Shown in pieces: positions 16,793-29,807 of a stretch of 64,000 nt of DNA (its first letter is position 1; every line of letters begins with the position of its first letter). Source of the DNA: Octopus vulgaris (taxonomy: Eukaryota); assembly GCA_951406725.2 (NCBI GenBank), contig OX597837.1:45012001-45076000 (forward strand), read 5' to 3'. A model generated the notes under the pieces. That model did not search any database and was not told where the DNA came from. It saw only the letters and a list, made by a program, of their open reading frames with translations. Made by a program: the position numbers and the translations under genes.

Positions 16793-17286
16793 GCATATGT
16801 ATATCAGTGCTTTTGAATCTTTTTGAATTTGTTTGAATTTGTTGCATATTGCAGATCAAATAGAAATTAGTTCACAGGAATATTATAGTAAAAAAAACCT
16901 TTTTCTAGACTTAAAAATCATTAAAGACGTGTGAGGCTACTTCTTAGCTTGTTTTTGTAATCATGTTTATGTAGAACAGAACTGTGAGTACCATTTATTT
17001 TAAGACGTTCAAATATTAGTATGGATTTTCTAATGGCTAAAGCTATGCTTCAAAGATTTCCCGTGCGTTTAAAGTTCCCTCGGAGCCGACTGTATTAAAA
17101 CCAATAATATATTTGTGTGTGTAGGAGGGGCGTGTGTGTATAAAATTAATATAAACATCTAGAAGGTGCCAAAGCACCTATATTACAAGAAATAAGAGTT
17201 AAGATAAATCTTAACGCTGTCAGAGTGCAGTATATAGACACTGACAGGGAAGATAACCGCCCCGTGAACATGTCTAGGAACACTAG

Positions 17287-17328
17287 ACTAGACCATTTTC
17301 GTTTATCAATCGTAGGCTCGTCAGTAGT
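17287..17328 (-). ncRNA. Minimal type I hammerhead-ribozyme-like motif (canonical core)
   Basis: The minus strand reads ACTA-CTGACGA-G(15 nt)C-GAAA-ATG-GTC-TAGT: CUGANGA and GAAA core, GUC cleavage triplet, ACTA/TAGT stem I. Stem II is decayed. Confidence 0.45.
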
Positions 17329-17625
17329 GATTATTCAAAGGAGTTTCGACGGTTTGCCGAAATAGGGGTATACACATGTTTGTATCATGTGTATATATAT
17401 GTACTGCGTGCTGTTAAGAGTTTTAATTCTTATTTCACACAATATGGGTGCTTCAGCTTTCTCAATCACAATTAATGACAATAAAATTTTTCTATTATGG
17501 TGTCATAATGTCCCTAGCTCTTTATATTAATCGTCCTTTGCCGAACCGCTAGATTATGGGGGAGTAAACATACCAACATCGGTTGTCAAGCGATTGTGGG
17601 AGGACAGACACAGACACACAAATAA

Positions 17626-17705
<80 letters not shown>

Positions 17706-17834
17706 ACAACTTATAAGTAAGGGCTAAAGAAAATTATTTCAAAGCCAATATGCTGATTTCAGACTATTAAATCGTCAAATTTCCTCATATAATCTACTCG
17801 CTACAGCATATGCATATGTGTGTGGGTGTGTACA

Positions 17835-18048
17835 CGAGGTGGGGTCTGCTGAAAAGTTCCTGAAAATACAAGAAAATACAAGAGGATCAGTTAATTATGA
17901 TTTTATTCAACATAATCTCCTCTCAGATTCACACTTATTGCAGAAGTCCTTCAGTTTTTCTAAGCCCTATAAAAGAAATCGGAAAGGTGGGCTTACAACC
18001 AGGCCTTTAGCGATAGCTCTAAGGCCAGAAAGTTTTCAGCACCCCTCG
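17835..18048. mobile_element. Mariner-type MITE
   Basis: Left end CGAGG..GGGTCTGCTGAAAAGTTCCTG matches the reverse complement of the right end CGAGGGGTGCTGAAAACTTTCTG. TA follows the right end. Confidence 0.65.
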
Positions 18049-19190
18049 TATATATATATATATACTCTTTTACTCTTTTACTTGTTTCAGTCATTGGACT
18101 GCGGCCATACTGGAGCATCACCTTTAATCAAGCAACTCGACCCAGGGACTTATTCTTTTGTAAGCCCAGTACTTATTCTATCGGTCTCTTTTGCCGAACC
18201 GCTAAGTAACGAGGACATAAACACACCAGCATCGGTTGTCAAGCGATGCTAGGGGACAAACACAGACACACAAACACACACACACATATATATATATATA
18301 CATATATACGACGGGCTTCTTTCAGTTTCCGTCTACCAAATCCACTCACAAGGCTTTGGTCGACCGAGGCTATAGTAGAAGACACTTGCCCAAGGTGCGA
18401 CGCAGTGGAACTGAACCCGGAACCATGTGGTTGGTAAACAAGCTACTTACCACATATCTTTTTCGTCTTTCAAGCTTCAGTCATTACACTGCGGCCCAGC
18501 TAGAGCGCCACCTTAAAGAATTTTAGTCATTCAAATCGGCCCCAGTATTTATTAGTTCTTTTGTAAAGACAGGAACTACTTATTCTATCGAACACTTATG
18601 CCAAGTCGCTAAGTTAAGGGGACGTAACCAAACCAATATATATGCGGTTGTGTGGTAAGAAGTTTGCTTCGCAATGTCGTGGTTCAATCCCGCTGCCTGG
18701 CACCTAAGGCAAAATTCTTTTATTGTACTATTTGTCTGATCAAAGCCTTGTACGTGGATTTGATAGGAGACTGAATGAAGCCCATCGTATATATGTATAT
18801 TTATGCGTGTGTGTGTGTATGTGTGTGTGTCTTTATGTATGTGTTTATCCTTCTCTACCGCTAGACAACCGTTTTGGCGTGCTTGCGCCACCGTAACTTA
18901 GCGGTTCAGCAAAAGGACCAGCAGAATATGTAACAGGCTTTACTAAAATTCAGTACTGGGACCTAGTGCCACAACATGGCCGCAGTCTAATAACTGAAAC
19001 AAGATATACGAAAAAATTGTGACTTTGTGGTAAGAAACTTGCTTCCCAACCACATGGTTCCGGGTTCAGTCCCACTGCGTGGCAACTTGGGCAAGTATCT
19101 TCTACTATAGCCTCGGGTCGACCAAAGGCTTGTGAGTGGATTTGGTAGACGGAAACTGAAGCAAGCCCGTCGTATATATACATGTATACA

Positions 19191-19225
<35 letters not shown>

Positions 19226-19524
19226 GTGTGTGAGTGTGTTTTTGTCCCTCAGCTATCGCTTGACAACCGATATTGGTGTGTTTACGCCCCCGTAACTTAG
19301 TGGTTCGGCATAAGAGACCTGGGGTCGATTTCTTCGACTAAAATGCGATGCTCCAGCATGGCCGCAGTAACAGAATATGTATATAAGTATGTGTATATAT
19401 ATGTTTAGTTCCTTGAATATATGTGAGTGTATGTGTACCTATTTGTGATGTAGTGCTTTCGCGGGAATCTGTGTATATATATATATATATATTTGTCTAA
19501 CAAAAACATCTTCATACATTAGAA

Positions 19525-19838
19525 TATCACCGTGATCACCGTGACCGACCAGGCTATCATATGTTGCTACACATCGCTGGTCACAATGCGCTTTGCATTG
19601 TTTTAGCCTTCAAATGACGCCACCCCGCTGGCTAAGCGAGCAGGCCAACAGAAGAAAGAGTGAGAGAAAGTTGGGGAGAAAGAGTACAGCAGGGATCGCC
19701 ACCACCCCCTGCAGGAGCCTCGTGGAGCTTTAGGTGTTTTCGCTCAATAAACACTCACAACGCTCGGTCTGGGAATCGAAACCTCGATCCTACGACCGCG
19801 TGTTCGCTGCCCTAACCACTGGGCCATTGCGCCTCCAC
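19525..19838 (-). mobile_element. tRNA-derived SINE, family C, with a LINE-like 3' tail
   Basis: Head GGAGGCGCAATGGCCCAGTGGTTAGGGCAGCG..GGTTTCGATTCCC and tail CTGGTCGGTCACGGTGATCACGGTGATA. Second copy at 29448-29749. Confidence 0.9.
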
Positions 19839-20420
19839 ACATTAGAATACAAATATTTAATATTCCTCAATAGTTCCGTTGCTGAATACGTAGACAGGTA
19901 ATAAAAATATACATGCCTAGACTTTTAACATGTCTTCATGAAATTCTGGATATTTATATCACTATTCCGAGACTCAAAGTTCTTCAGTCTACGGCATTAA
20001 TTAATTTTTGCAAAGAGAAAGCCATTAAGAATAAAACTTCAAGACCAAGTATATTTAGAAATCAAAACACATTTGCGACGTAAATTTTTTGACTTTTATG
20101 AAAATGAAGTCTTTTATATTTGGAAGAATTTTATAGCCTTTCAATGGTTATGGATGTATTTTCTGCTAAAAGTTCTACAAAGATCTGAACTGAAATGAAG
20201 TTTTATATCTTTGACTAATTTGGAAATAAATAATATTCAAGTAGATATATGTATGTATATACAAACATATATATTTATATATATATATGTGTGTGTGAGT
20301 GTGTGTGTGTGTATGTGTGTGTGTGTGTTTCATATATATATATATACATACACACGCGCGCGCACTCATACATTTGTATATACATTTGTATATATAAAAA
20401 TATATATATATTACTAGTAT

Positions 20421-20452
<32 letters not shown>

Positions 20453-21041
20453 GTATATGTATATATATAATACTAGTATATATATATATGTATATATATA
20501 TATTACTAGTATATATATATGTATGCATGTATATGTATATAATATATATATATATTTATATATGTATATATGTATATATATATACACATATATGTTTGTA
20601 TGCATACGTGTATATATGTATATATATATATATGTATATTTGTACATATATCTATGTACACCTGTATGCATATATGTATATATACGTGTATGTATGTATG
20701 TATGTATGTATGTATGTATGTATGTATGTATGTATGTATGTATGTATGTATGTATGTATGTATGTATGTATGTATGTATGTGTGTATGAATGCTTGTATA
20801 TATGTATGTATGTACGTATGTATGAGTTACCCCGTTGCGTATCTGAGAAAGTAATTTGTTTCAGCTATTCAAAATGTTTTCTGTAGATCGCTTTGAAAAG
20901 ACGGAGCAAATTATATTTTAAAAATAAAGAACGAATATTCTAGGTGTTCTAGACGCTTAACTTAATTCTATATTCTTTTGAATTTTTGATTTTCTAACGG
21001 AACTGTTAGGTTCTTAAAATTTCATTTAAGTACACCCGCGT

Positions 21042-21086
<45 letters not shown>

Positions 21087-21196
21087 TATATATGCATAAA
21101 TAAATATATGCATACGTTGGTCCATGCACCCCTGCAAATAATATAACATATATACGTACGTATGTATATGTATATAAACGTACGTATATATACATA

Positions 21197-21574
21197 CTAG
21201 CAGTATAACCCGGCGTTGCTCAGGTTTGTTTTCTTTTCGTCTCTTTAGAATTGGAATTTTTGAAAAGTAAAAGTTTTGCATTATGTAGCTGGTTATTCTC
21301 TTTAAGTGAACATTTTTCTGGTTGAAATACACCGAAAAATGGCGACACAGCAGTCACAAAATCTTTAAAAAATAGGGATTTTCATAGAAAAAACCCCACC
21401 TTTTTGATGTAAATAATTTTTGGTCTTAACATGGTCCGATTTGAATTCTTTCTTCTGTGGAATGAAGAGCAAGACTTCTTCTATCATACTCTCAATTTTG
21501 GTCAACTTGCGCAGCAGGGTTTCGGAGGAGATAATGTTAGTTGAAGGCTACCAAACCTGCCACACAAGCACAAA

Positions 21575-21619
<45 letters not shown>

Positions 21620-21646
21620 ACAACTTCAGCTTTATATATATATAGA
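21197..21646 (-). mobile_element. Non-autonomous Helitron
   Basis: The minus strand starts A|TCTATATATATATAAAGCTGAAGTTGTC and ends CCTGAGCAACGCCGGGTTATACTGCTAG|T. It has 5' TC, 3' CTAG with a subterminal GC-rich element, an A|T insertion site and no TSD. Confidence 0.8.
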
Positions 21647-22477
21647 TATACGTACGTATATACATGTATACACATACAGATGCACACGCACACACACACA
21701 TACACACACACACACATACATACACACAGATAGATGATAGCAAAATGAATAGATAGATGTTATAAAGATACACACACACACACGCGCTCACATAAAAATA
21801 TATACGACAGGCTTCTTTCAGTTTCTGTCTAAAACTACTCACAAAGCTGTGGTCGGGCCGAGGCTAGAGTAGAAATCACTTGCACAATATTAGGGAATAT
21901 TATTCCAAACTTACAGGAGAAAATTCAATTTCAAACTACTGGGACTGAACCCAGAACCATGTGGTTAAGAAGCAAACTTCTTACCACACAGCCACACCTG
22001 CACCTATAATAAGCATAATCTTTATAAAGAAAAAAGCTCAACATATATAATGATAGAGGGATAACAAACTGAAGTGACGTAGAGTCTCTATATTCCTAAT
22101 TGTCGTAACGTAGAGTTCATATGATTACCTTTTTATTAGTACGTTAACCACTGCCGCCACGAAAAGTTTAATGTCAAACTAGATTTTCTTAGAATATAAT
22201 ACTTCCTCCTAACTTTCTTTTCCTATGCGTCCGTCTACTAGAGATGATATTTCCGTGGCTCTCTTTCAATTTAACTAATTTTAGATTGCCTTCATAACGT
22301 TGTGTTAACATGTAGGCGCAGACGTGGATATTTGGTAAGAAACTTACTTTCCCATCCACATGGTTTTAGGTTCAGTTCCACTGCATGGCATCTTGGGTAA
22401 GTATATTCTTCTATAGCCTCGGGCCGACCAAAGTCTTGTAAGTGGATTTGCTAGACGAAAACTGAAAGAAGCCAGTC

Positions 22478-22609
<132 letters not shown>

Positions 22610-22676
22610 TATATATATACACATATATATGTATATGTATATGTATGCATACATACATGCATAAATACTTACATAC

Positions 22677-22743
<67 letters not shown>

Positions 22744-22826
22744 TATACATGTATTATATATTGTGAAATTTGATTTAGTATTTCTAAATTGAATTTTTCC
22801 CTGTAAGTTTGGAATAATATTCCCTC

Positions 22827-22884
<58 letters not shown>

Positions 22885-23539
22885 CATTATAACTAACGTT
22901 TCTGGGTGTATTTACCCTCATTTTCGTCGGTCATGGAACTCACAGGTAAAATGGAACCATTTTTGGAATTCATCTTTGAATGATATTTCTATACCATCTA
23001 GAAAGGGATATATTTTAAAACTTATTAATAATATTAAAGATTTTATAATCATTGGTATATGTTTTATCTTATTTTTAATCTTTCTATACGATGTAATTTT
23101 TCTAAATGGTATAATTTAATTTTTTCATTATTGAATTGATAAAAGGTGGGGATTTTCTAATTTATATATATATTTAAAATAATAAGGGTGAAAAATTGAA
23201 TATTAATTTGATTAATATCAATTTAAAACTAGTGGCCTAGCATATTGAAAACTCTGAAGAGTCAGATAAATTATAATACAAACATATAAGAAGGATGACC
23301 ACTAAGTGGACATCCATTACACTAGAGGTAGACCCCGTATGGTCTGACCACTATTACTGTTCCATTAGTGTAAGATCTACAAAATATGTGCTCCATCCAG
23401 TGAGTGATAAATATCATTTAATGTACACAGTACGAAGATAAGAAATACCAATAGCTCCTTACTCTACAGGCGCGGGTCTAGGCAAGTTTTTATAACATGC
23501 CTTGTGTCTTCAAGCAATCTTTAGGCTCTCTCTCTCTCT

Positions 23540-23586
<47 letters not shown>

Positions 23587-23681
23587 GGAGTAAACACATA
23601 AATGTGAAACAAGGTGGAAAAAAGAGTATTCAAATACCAGTGGTAGAGTAATATGCTTTATTTAAAAGCAGCAGAAAATTC

Positions 23682-23794
23682 AACAAAACCTGTTACTCTG
23701 AGTTTCACGTTCCCGTTCGTCGGACAGTTTTTGCTAGAATCTAGGAAAAACTGTCCGACGAACGGGAACGTGAAACTCAGAGTAACAGGTTTTG

Positions 23795-23796
<2 letters not shown>
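23682..23796. repeat. Perfect 51-bp inverted repeat, each arm a hammerhead-like motif
   Basis: 23682-23732 is the exact reverse complement of 23746-23796. The spacer is GCTAGAATCTAGG. Confidence 0.9.
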
Positions 23797-23833
<37 letters not shown>

Positions 23834-24415
23834 CATACATATAATTTGTGTATATGAGTGCTTGTACGCAAATATTGATATGTGACTATATATATATACG
23901 TGTGTGTATCAGTTTGCGTGCCTGTCTGTATATGCATACAATGTGTAATGTGTGTATGTGCGTGTGGACGTGTATGTTGTGCGTGTATAAACCAGAATAT
24001 ATAGATAAACATGTCCATCTTACTCGTTTCTTGTAGTGTCAAGATGGTTGTTTTTCGCAACACCAGTCCAAGTTAACGGGCATTTTGGGTGAGTTAGTTT
24101 CTTGTATTATCTTCCAGCCCCCCCCCCCCCCCATATCACTTCGCATAAAATCGTACAAACGAGGTAACAACTTGCCCTCAATCTGTTCCCTTCACCTGCT
24201 AGTTGCAGCAGCCAAATATTCATTAATTCATACACCTCTATCTTGTAACAAAAGTCATATTAAATTAAGTAGCACTAAATACTTGTAAGACACCAGGACG
24301 ATAGTTCTTGAATCGCTCTTCTCATAGGCCTGCTTAGTCGGTGGTGGCCTAGGGTTAAAATCAACAATATCCACAACATTAATTACATATCGCATAACAC
24401 AACCCCCTTTAAACA

Positions 24416-24447
<32 letters not shown>

Positions 24448-24525
24448 TTCTTTATCTTCTTCTTCATCTTCTTCTTCATCTTCTTCTTCTTCTTCTTCTT
24501 CGTATTATCATCATCATCATCATCA

Positions 24526-24584
<59 letters not shown>

Positions 24585-25095
24585 GAGTGAGAGAGCAGTG
24601 CATGCCATCAAAGTGACACTGGGGTAAAATATACGAAGCCCAATATACCCATCATGACTACCCGTCTGATAAGGGTACACCAGGCACATGCATCACAACC
24701 ATATATGCGCGACATGGTGATCTCATATCAAGATAAACTGCACATGACCTTGCAGGTGGGGCCCAGTTAGAATTTTCTTCAGATTGAGTAGTCCATCCCG
24801 CTCAAAAGGTCCCTGAATAAGGGTTGTTTAAGGATGTTGAAAGAACCACCCATGTTTCCAGAGGTGAATTATTCAAACCCCAAAGAATCCCTCTCAACAC
24901 ATGGCTATGATGCTCCCCAACTACTTCTGCTCGTGATCAGAGATGCACATATCGTCAGCCACTAAGGGACATGCTCAACTGGTTAAAGTCAAACAACTGA
25001 CAAGCAAATCTGTGGTATTGAGCAGAATATTTACTGTAGCCCATCTTTTATACCAAGACAAAACAACGTACATGATAACAAGACAAAACAATGTA
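24585..25095. mobile_element. Unclassified ~500-bp dispersed repeat (family E) flanked by (ATT)n
   Basis: Starts GAGTGAGAGAGCAGTGCATGCCATCAAAGTG directly after (ATT)n. A near-identical copy at 49692-50100 also follows (ATT)n/(GTT)n. Confidence 0.8.
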
Positions 25096-25115
25096 CATGA
25101 TTACAAGACAAAATA

Positions 25116-25239
<124 letters not shown>

Positions 25240-25455
25240 AGGCGGCGAGCTGGCAGAATCGTTAGCATGCCGGGTGAAATGCTTAGCAGTATTTTGTCTG
25301 TCTTCACATATACTGAGTTCAAATTCCGCCGAGGTCGACTTTGCCTTTTATCCTTTCGGGGTCGACATATTAAGTACCAGTGAAACTCTGGGGTCGATGT
25401 AATCGACTATCTCCTTCCCCCAGATTTCAGCCCTTGTTCCTATTTAGTGGAAAGG

Positions 25456-25493
<38 letters not shown>

Positions 25494-25579
25494 CGAAAAC
25501 GCCCTACTTATATATCTTGATACAGTTAATTTTCGGAATATTGTGTTTCACTCAAGTTACCGTTTGTTATAAACCAAAC

Positions 25580-25638
<59 letters not shown>

Positions 25639-26206
25639 CATGTGAATGTGTATGCGTGTGTGTTTGTGTGTTGTGTGTGTATGTGTGCGTGTGCGTGTAT
25701 GAATGTATGCATGTATGCGTCAATAATAATAAAAATAAAACATATTTCTTACTGCTTAATATCTGTTACATTGTTTTATATGTGATAACTTATTGTTAAT
25801 TTGAGGTTGGAGTTGCTAGGATTGAACGAACAGAAGTTGAATCTTTACTTGGGATTCTAACACGAAATATTTTTGAAGGTACAAGTGTGAATTAAAGAAT
25901 ACAAATATATCTCAAAAATTATTCCGGGTCCTAAATGCAAAGTTGGGCCTACATTAAAAGCGATAATATACTTTTAACGGAATACGCACCGCTCAAATAA
26001 GGGTAAGGCTCATATGCTTATGCACCTTGTAGTCTCTCAAACACGGTTACAAAATTACAAAGAAAAGCACCGCGTTCTTCTTGTTACATTAAAAATACCA
26101 TTTGAGGTTATGTACGTTCTTAAACTTTCCGATGCTTTAATTTGAAAATTTCCAAAATGAAGTACTTTTGACGTGTTTTTTTGTTTCACTTTTTCCATTT
26201 TAATAG

Positions 26207-26301
26207 GTTCTGGAGTATTCTTGGAGTTCTTTCTGGAATTGGTGCCCTCATCATTGGGATTACATACCTGCTTTGTAGATTTAAGAAACCTACAAATCAA
26301 G
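26207..26301 (+). CDS. Shisa-like protein, transmembrane exon (phase 2-1)
   Basis: Acceptor tttcactttttccattttaatAG and donor AAG|GTGAGT. Encodes FWSILGVLSGIGALIIGITYLLCRFKKPTNQ, a hydrophobic helix followed by Cys and basic stop-transfer residues. Confidence 0.85.
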
Positions 26302-26821
26302 GTGAGTCATTATCACTGAAAAATATCACAATAAATTTTATACGAATTTATAACTTAGAAAATTTATGAATAGCGGCAAGTTAGCAGAATGTTGAGGGAG
26401 GCGGACAAAGTGCTGAATGAAATGGAGGCAATAAGTACAAGGCTTTAAAAAAACTAAATCTAGAGTCGATCTGTTCGACTAAAAGACTTTCAAGGCGATG
26501 CCCCAGTATGGCCGCAGTCAAATGACTTAAGCAAGTTTAAAACATAAATGATAGCATCGTATTATCACATGTAAATGATTTCTATCTTTTCTTTTATCGT
26601 TTATCTCGTTTCAGTCATTTGACTGTGGCCATGCTGGGGCACTGCTTTGAATGTCTTTTTTTTTTTTTGTTTTAGTCGAACTTTTTTTAGTCGGGACTTT
26701 TTTAAAGCCTCGTACTTTTTACTGAACCAATAAGTTATGGGGACGTAAACACACCAACACCGGTTGGGTTATCAAACGGTGATGGTGGTGGTGGTGGATT
26801 GAGCACAAACATAGTCACGAA

Positions 26822-26938
<117 letters not shown>

Positions 26939-27283
26939 GTCAGGTACAATAAGCACCTGTTTGCTAGAAAGAAGAGTTAAAACTCCCCAGAGCCACGCAT
27001 CTCTCACTATTTGTAAACAGGCACAGAGAAAGTAACGAATATATTTTTTAAAAAAACAGTCGTCCCCATTTGTAAAACTACAAAGAGGAGGGTAGATATC
27101 TCAGTATCAAATGATTTCGCTTTTTGTGCCGAGAGACACTTAAAACTCATCAGCTACAACGGGCTTTTTTTCGGTTTCCGTCTATCAAATACAAATACGT
27201 CTATCATATCAGGACTATAGTAGAAGACACTTGCTCTGAACCATGTGGTTCAGAGCCTCTTACCACACAGCCACACCTGCGCC

Positions 27284-27314
<31 letters not shown>

Positions 27315-27321
27315 TTTGCAG

Positions 27322-27758
27322 TTGCTGATCAAGACAGAGGAATGTTATCCGACACTTTTACACAGAGAACAGAAATCCGAACGGTTCTATATTCCCTAAA
27401 CCATGCAGAGTACCACTGCATGCAACCAACGCCACTTGTGCAACTGCAAACCCGGAATGAGACCACCACGCCGCCGGACACTGGCCCAAATGCGACCAGT
27501 AGTACGGCCACTGCGAACACTATGTCTTCATTGTTACAACCTCAATCCTCCGATCGCTGGTCGGGTTACGGGTCAGGAGACTCCGTGCCTACCAGAGACA
27601 CGGTCGTCACCAGCGTCAACGCCACTGCAGTCACACCCAACACCATCACTACTACAGACTTAAAGACTGAAAATAGTAGAAGAAATTCTTCTCTAAAGAT
27701 TTCTTTGTGTAGAAATTCCTTGTTTAGGAAACAGGATTTTGAAGAAGTGGTCGTATAA
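27322..27758 (+). CDS. Shisa-like protein, terminal coding exon (cytoplasmic tail)
   Basis: Acceptor (TTAT)nTTGCAG ends at 27321, and the phase 1 join G+TT gives Val. The 145-aa Thr/Ser-rich tail runs VADQDRG...SRRNSS...FRKQDFEEVVV*. The sequence is non-repetitive and richer in GC than its flanks. Confidence 0.85.
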
Positions 27759-28810
27759 GAAATTATTTCATAAAAGAAAATGAAAAAAAAAAAGAAAAAT
27801 AGCAGAAACAAACAAAACGTTTCAATATTTGCTGTTGTTTATTTTTTTCTATTTTTCTTCTGTATTCATACTGAAGGATAAATTGTGATAAATTAATTGA
27901 CTAACTTCTGTAAATGAATCCAAAAGCGCAGCGGAGACATGCAATTACGCACAAACACACGAAACATACAATCAACCTGATCAAATTAGAGATTGCTGGA
28001 TAAAGGAGTCTCTCTCATTTTTCTTCTCCCCAGTTACTAACTCCCTGGCACACGAGTTGCATCTAAACGATACTCCTTGTTTCTCTCCACACGCGTGGGT
28101 TACTGAGCAGTTCGTGCGACTGCATCTGAAGGCCTTCCGATGCACTAGTGGTTGACCTACGGGTAACGAAACTACGTCTACCTTTCGAAATATTAGTGAC
28201 TGACTTACGGGTAAGAAAGCTATTAGCTACCCCATTCAACATCGGAAACACTATATTATATACATGCTTCTCCGATATATATCTAAAGAATATATGCACG
28301 TGTTATCTGCGGAGCTTCGGCTCGACTGTTCGGCGTTAGCTATTGGTTGTTGCTCTGCAGCATTTTGATCTATATATTCGAAGCAACTTTATCTTCAAGG
28401 GATTTCCTATTTCTTACCCCAAAACGTTTTTTTTTTTTTTGTAATAAAAAAATGAGAAAATGATAGTATACATCTCTGCTTTGGCAATTTTTCTTTTTTT
28501 ATTTTTATTTTCCCCCTTTTCTTTCCATTTTTCACTGAATTAAAAATTATTATATTTTAAAAACTTACATTTTAAAAACTGAATGACGCAAATCTTTTGG
28601 AACGAACTTTTACTATTGTGTAAGTGCTTTCACTGCTTGCAGTTTTTCATTTACACGTATTATGGGGGTAATCTGCATAGAGGAAGTTGTTTTTAGCAAC
28701 ACTGTTGACTGCATATGTGTGGATGTTTGTGTGTGCACGTATAAGTATGTATGTATATATTTTAATTGTTCTCCAAGCTTTACAATAAAATCATTTTCCA
28801 CTTTTGTTTT
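27759..28810 (+). other. Probable 3' UTR of the Shisa-like gene with poly(A) signal
   Basis: About 1 kb free of SINEs and long microsatellites. AATAAA at 28443-28448 and 28784-28789, the second followed by a T/GT-rich tract. Confidence 0.5.
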
Positions 28811-29447
28811 GTTAATTTCCCCATGTGGTGCTGTTGGTGCGCTGTGAACCCATTATTTGATTTACACTTTATAACAATATTTTCCATGCCTTCTGAGGTA
28901 TCTACGTTCCTGATGTTGAGTTGATTTTATGTATATGTTTATGCATATATGTATATATGTTTATATGTACGTATATATAATAATTTTTACATTCAAGTAT
29001 ACACCTTGTAGTACGCTGTTTAAAGCCCTTTCGCAGTATTCGGCTACCTGATGTTAAGAGCAGTGTAGAAGTATATGTCACAGGATATACTATGGGAATT
29101 CTTTCGTGTCTATAGAGTTTATAAAAATATGAGGAAAAATGGAATTTACGAGACTTTTTATCATTCACTACGGTTCTTTCGATCCATCGTGCACCGGAAC
29201 CTCCAGGGTAGGATACTGTGCAAGCAGTTGTGATGCATGATAGCTGCAGATATGACTCGTTAGATGTCAAAAGGTGCCTTATTTTTTCATTGCCGTTCAG
29301 CTTATTTCCATCAGAATATATTTTGGTAGAGAAATTGTGTTACAATGTAGAACTCGAAGGGTCGAAACGATCATAGTGAATAATAAAGAGTCTCGTTTAT
29401 TTTATTTTCTTTCCCTCATATTTTTATATGTATATATATATATGTGT

Positions 29448-29743
29448 GTGGAGGCGCAATGGCCCAGTGGTTAGGGCAGCGGACTCGCGGTTGTAAGATC
29501 GCGGTTTCGATTCCCACAGGTGTTTATTGAGTGAAAACACCTAAAGCTCCACGAGGCTCCGGCAGGGGGTGGTGGTGATCTCTGCTGTACTCTTTCGCCC
29601 CAACTTTCTCTCACTCTTTCTTCTGTTGGCCTGCTCGCTTAGCCAGCGGGGTGGCGTTACTTGAAGGCTAAAACAATGCAAAGCGCATTGTGACCAGCTA
29701 TGTGTAGCAACATCTGATAGCCTGGTCGATCACGGTGATCACG

Positions 29744-29749
<6 letters not shown>
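29448..29749 (+). mobile_element. tRNA-derived SINE, family C
   Basis: Reverse complement of 19525-19838 with a small internal deletion. Confidence 0.9.

Positions 29750-29807
<58 letters not shown>

Noticed and set aside
16855-16983. Frame with a single in-frame TGA (..KDV*GYFLAC..) as a selenocysteine or A-to-I recoding site
   Set aside because: That frame needs phase-1 flanking introns, whereas the host intron is phase 2. I recognised no SECIS element and no protein family.
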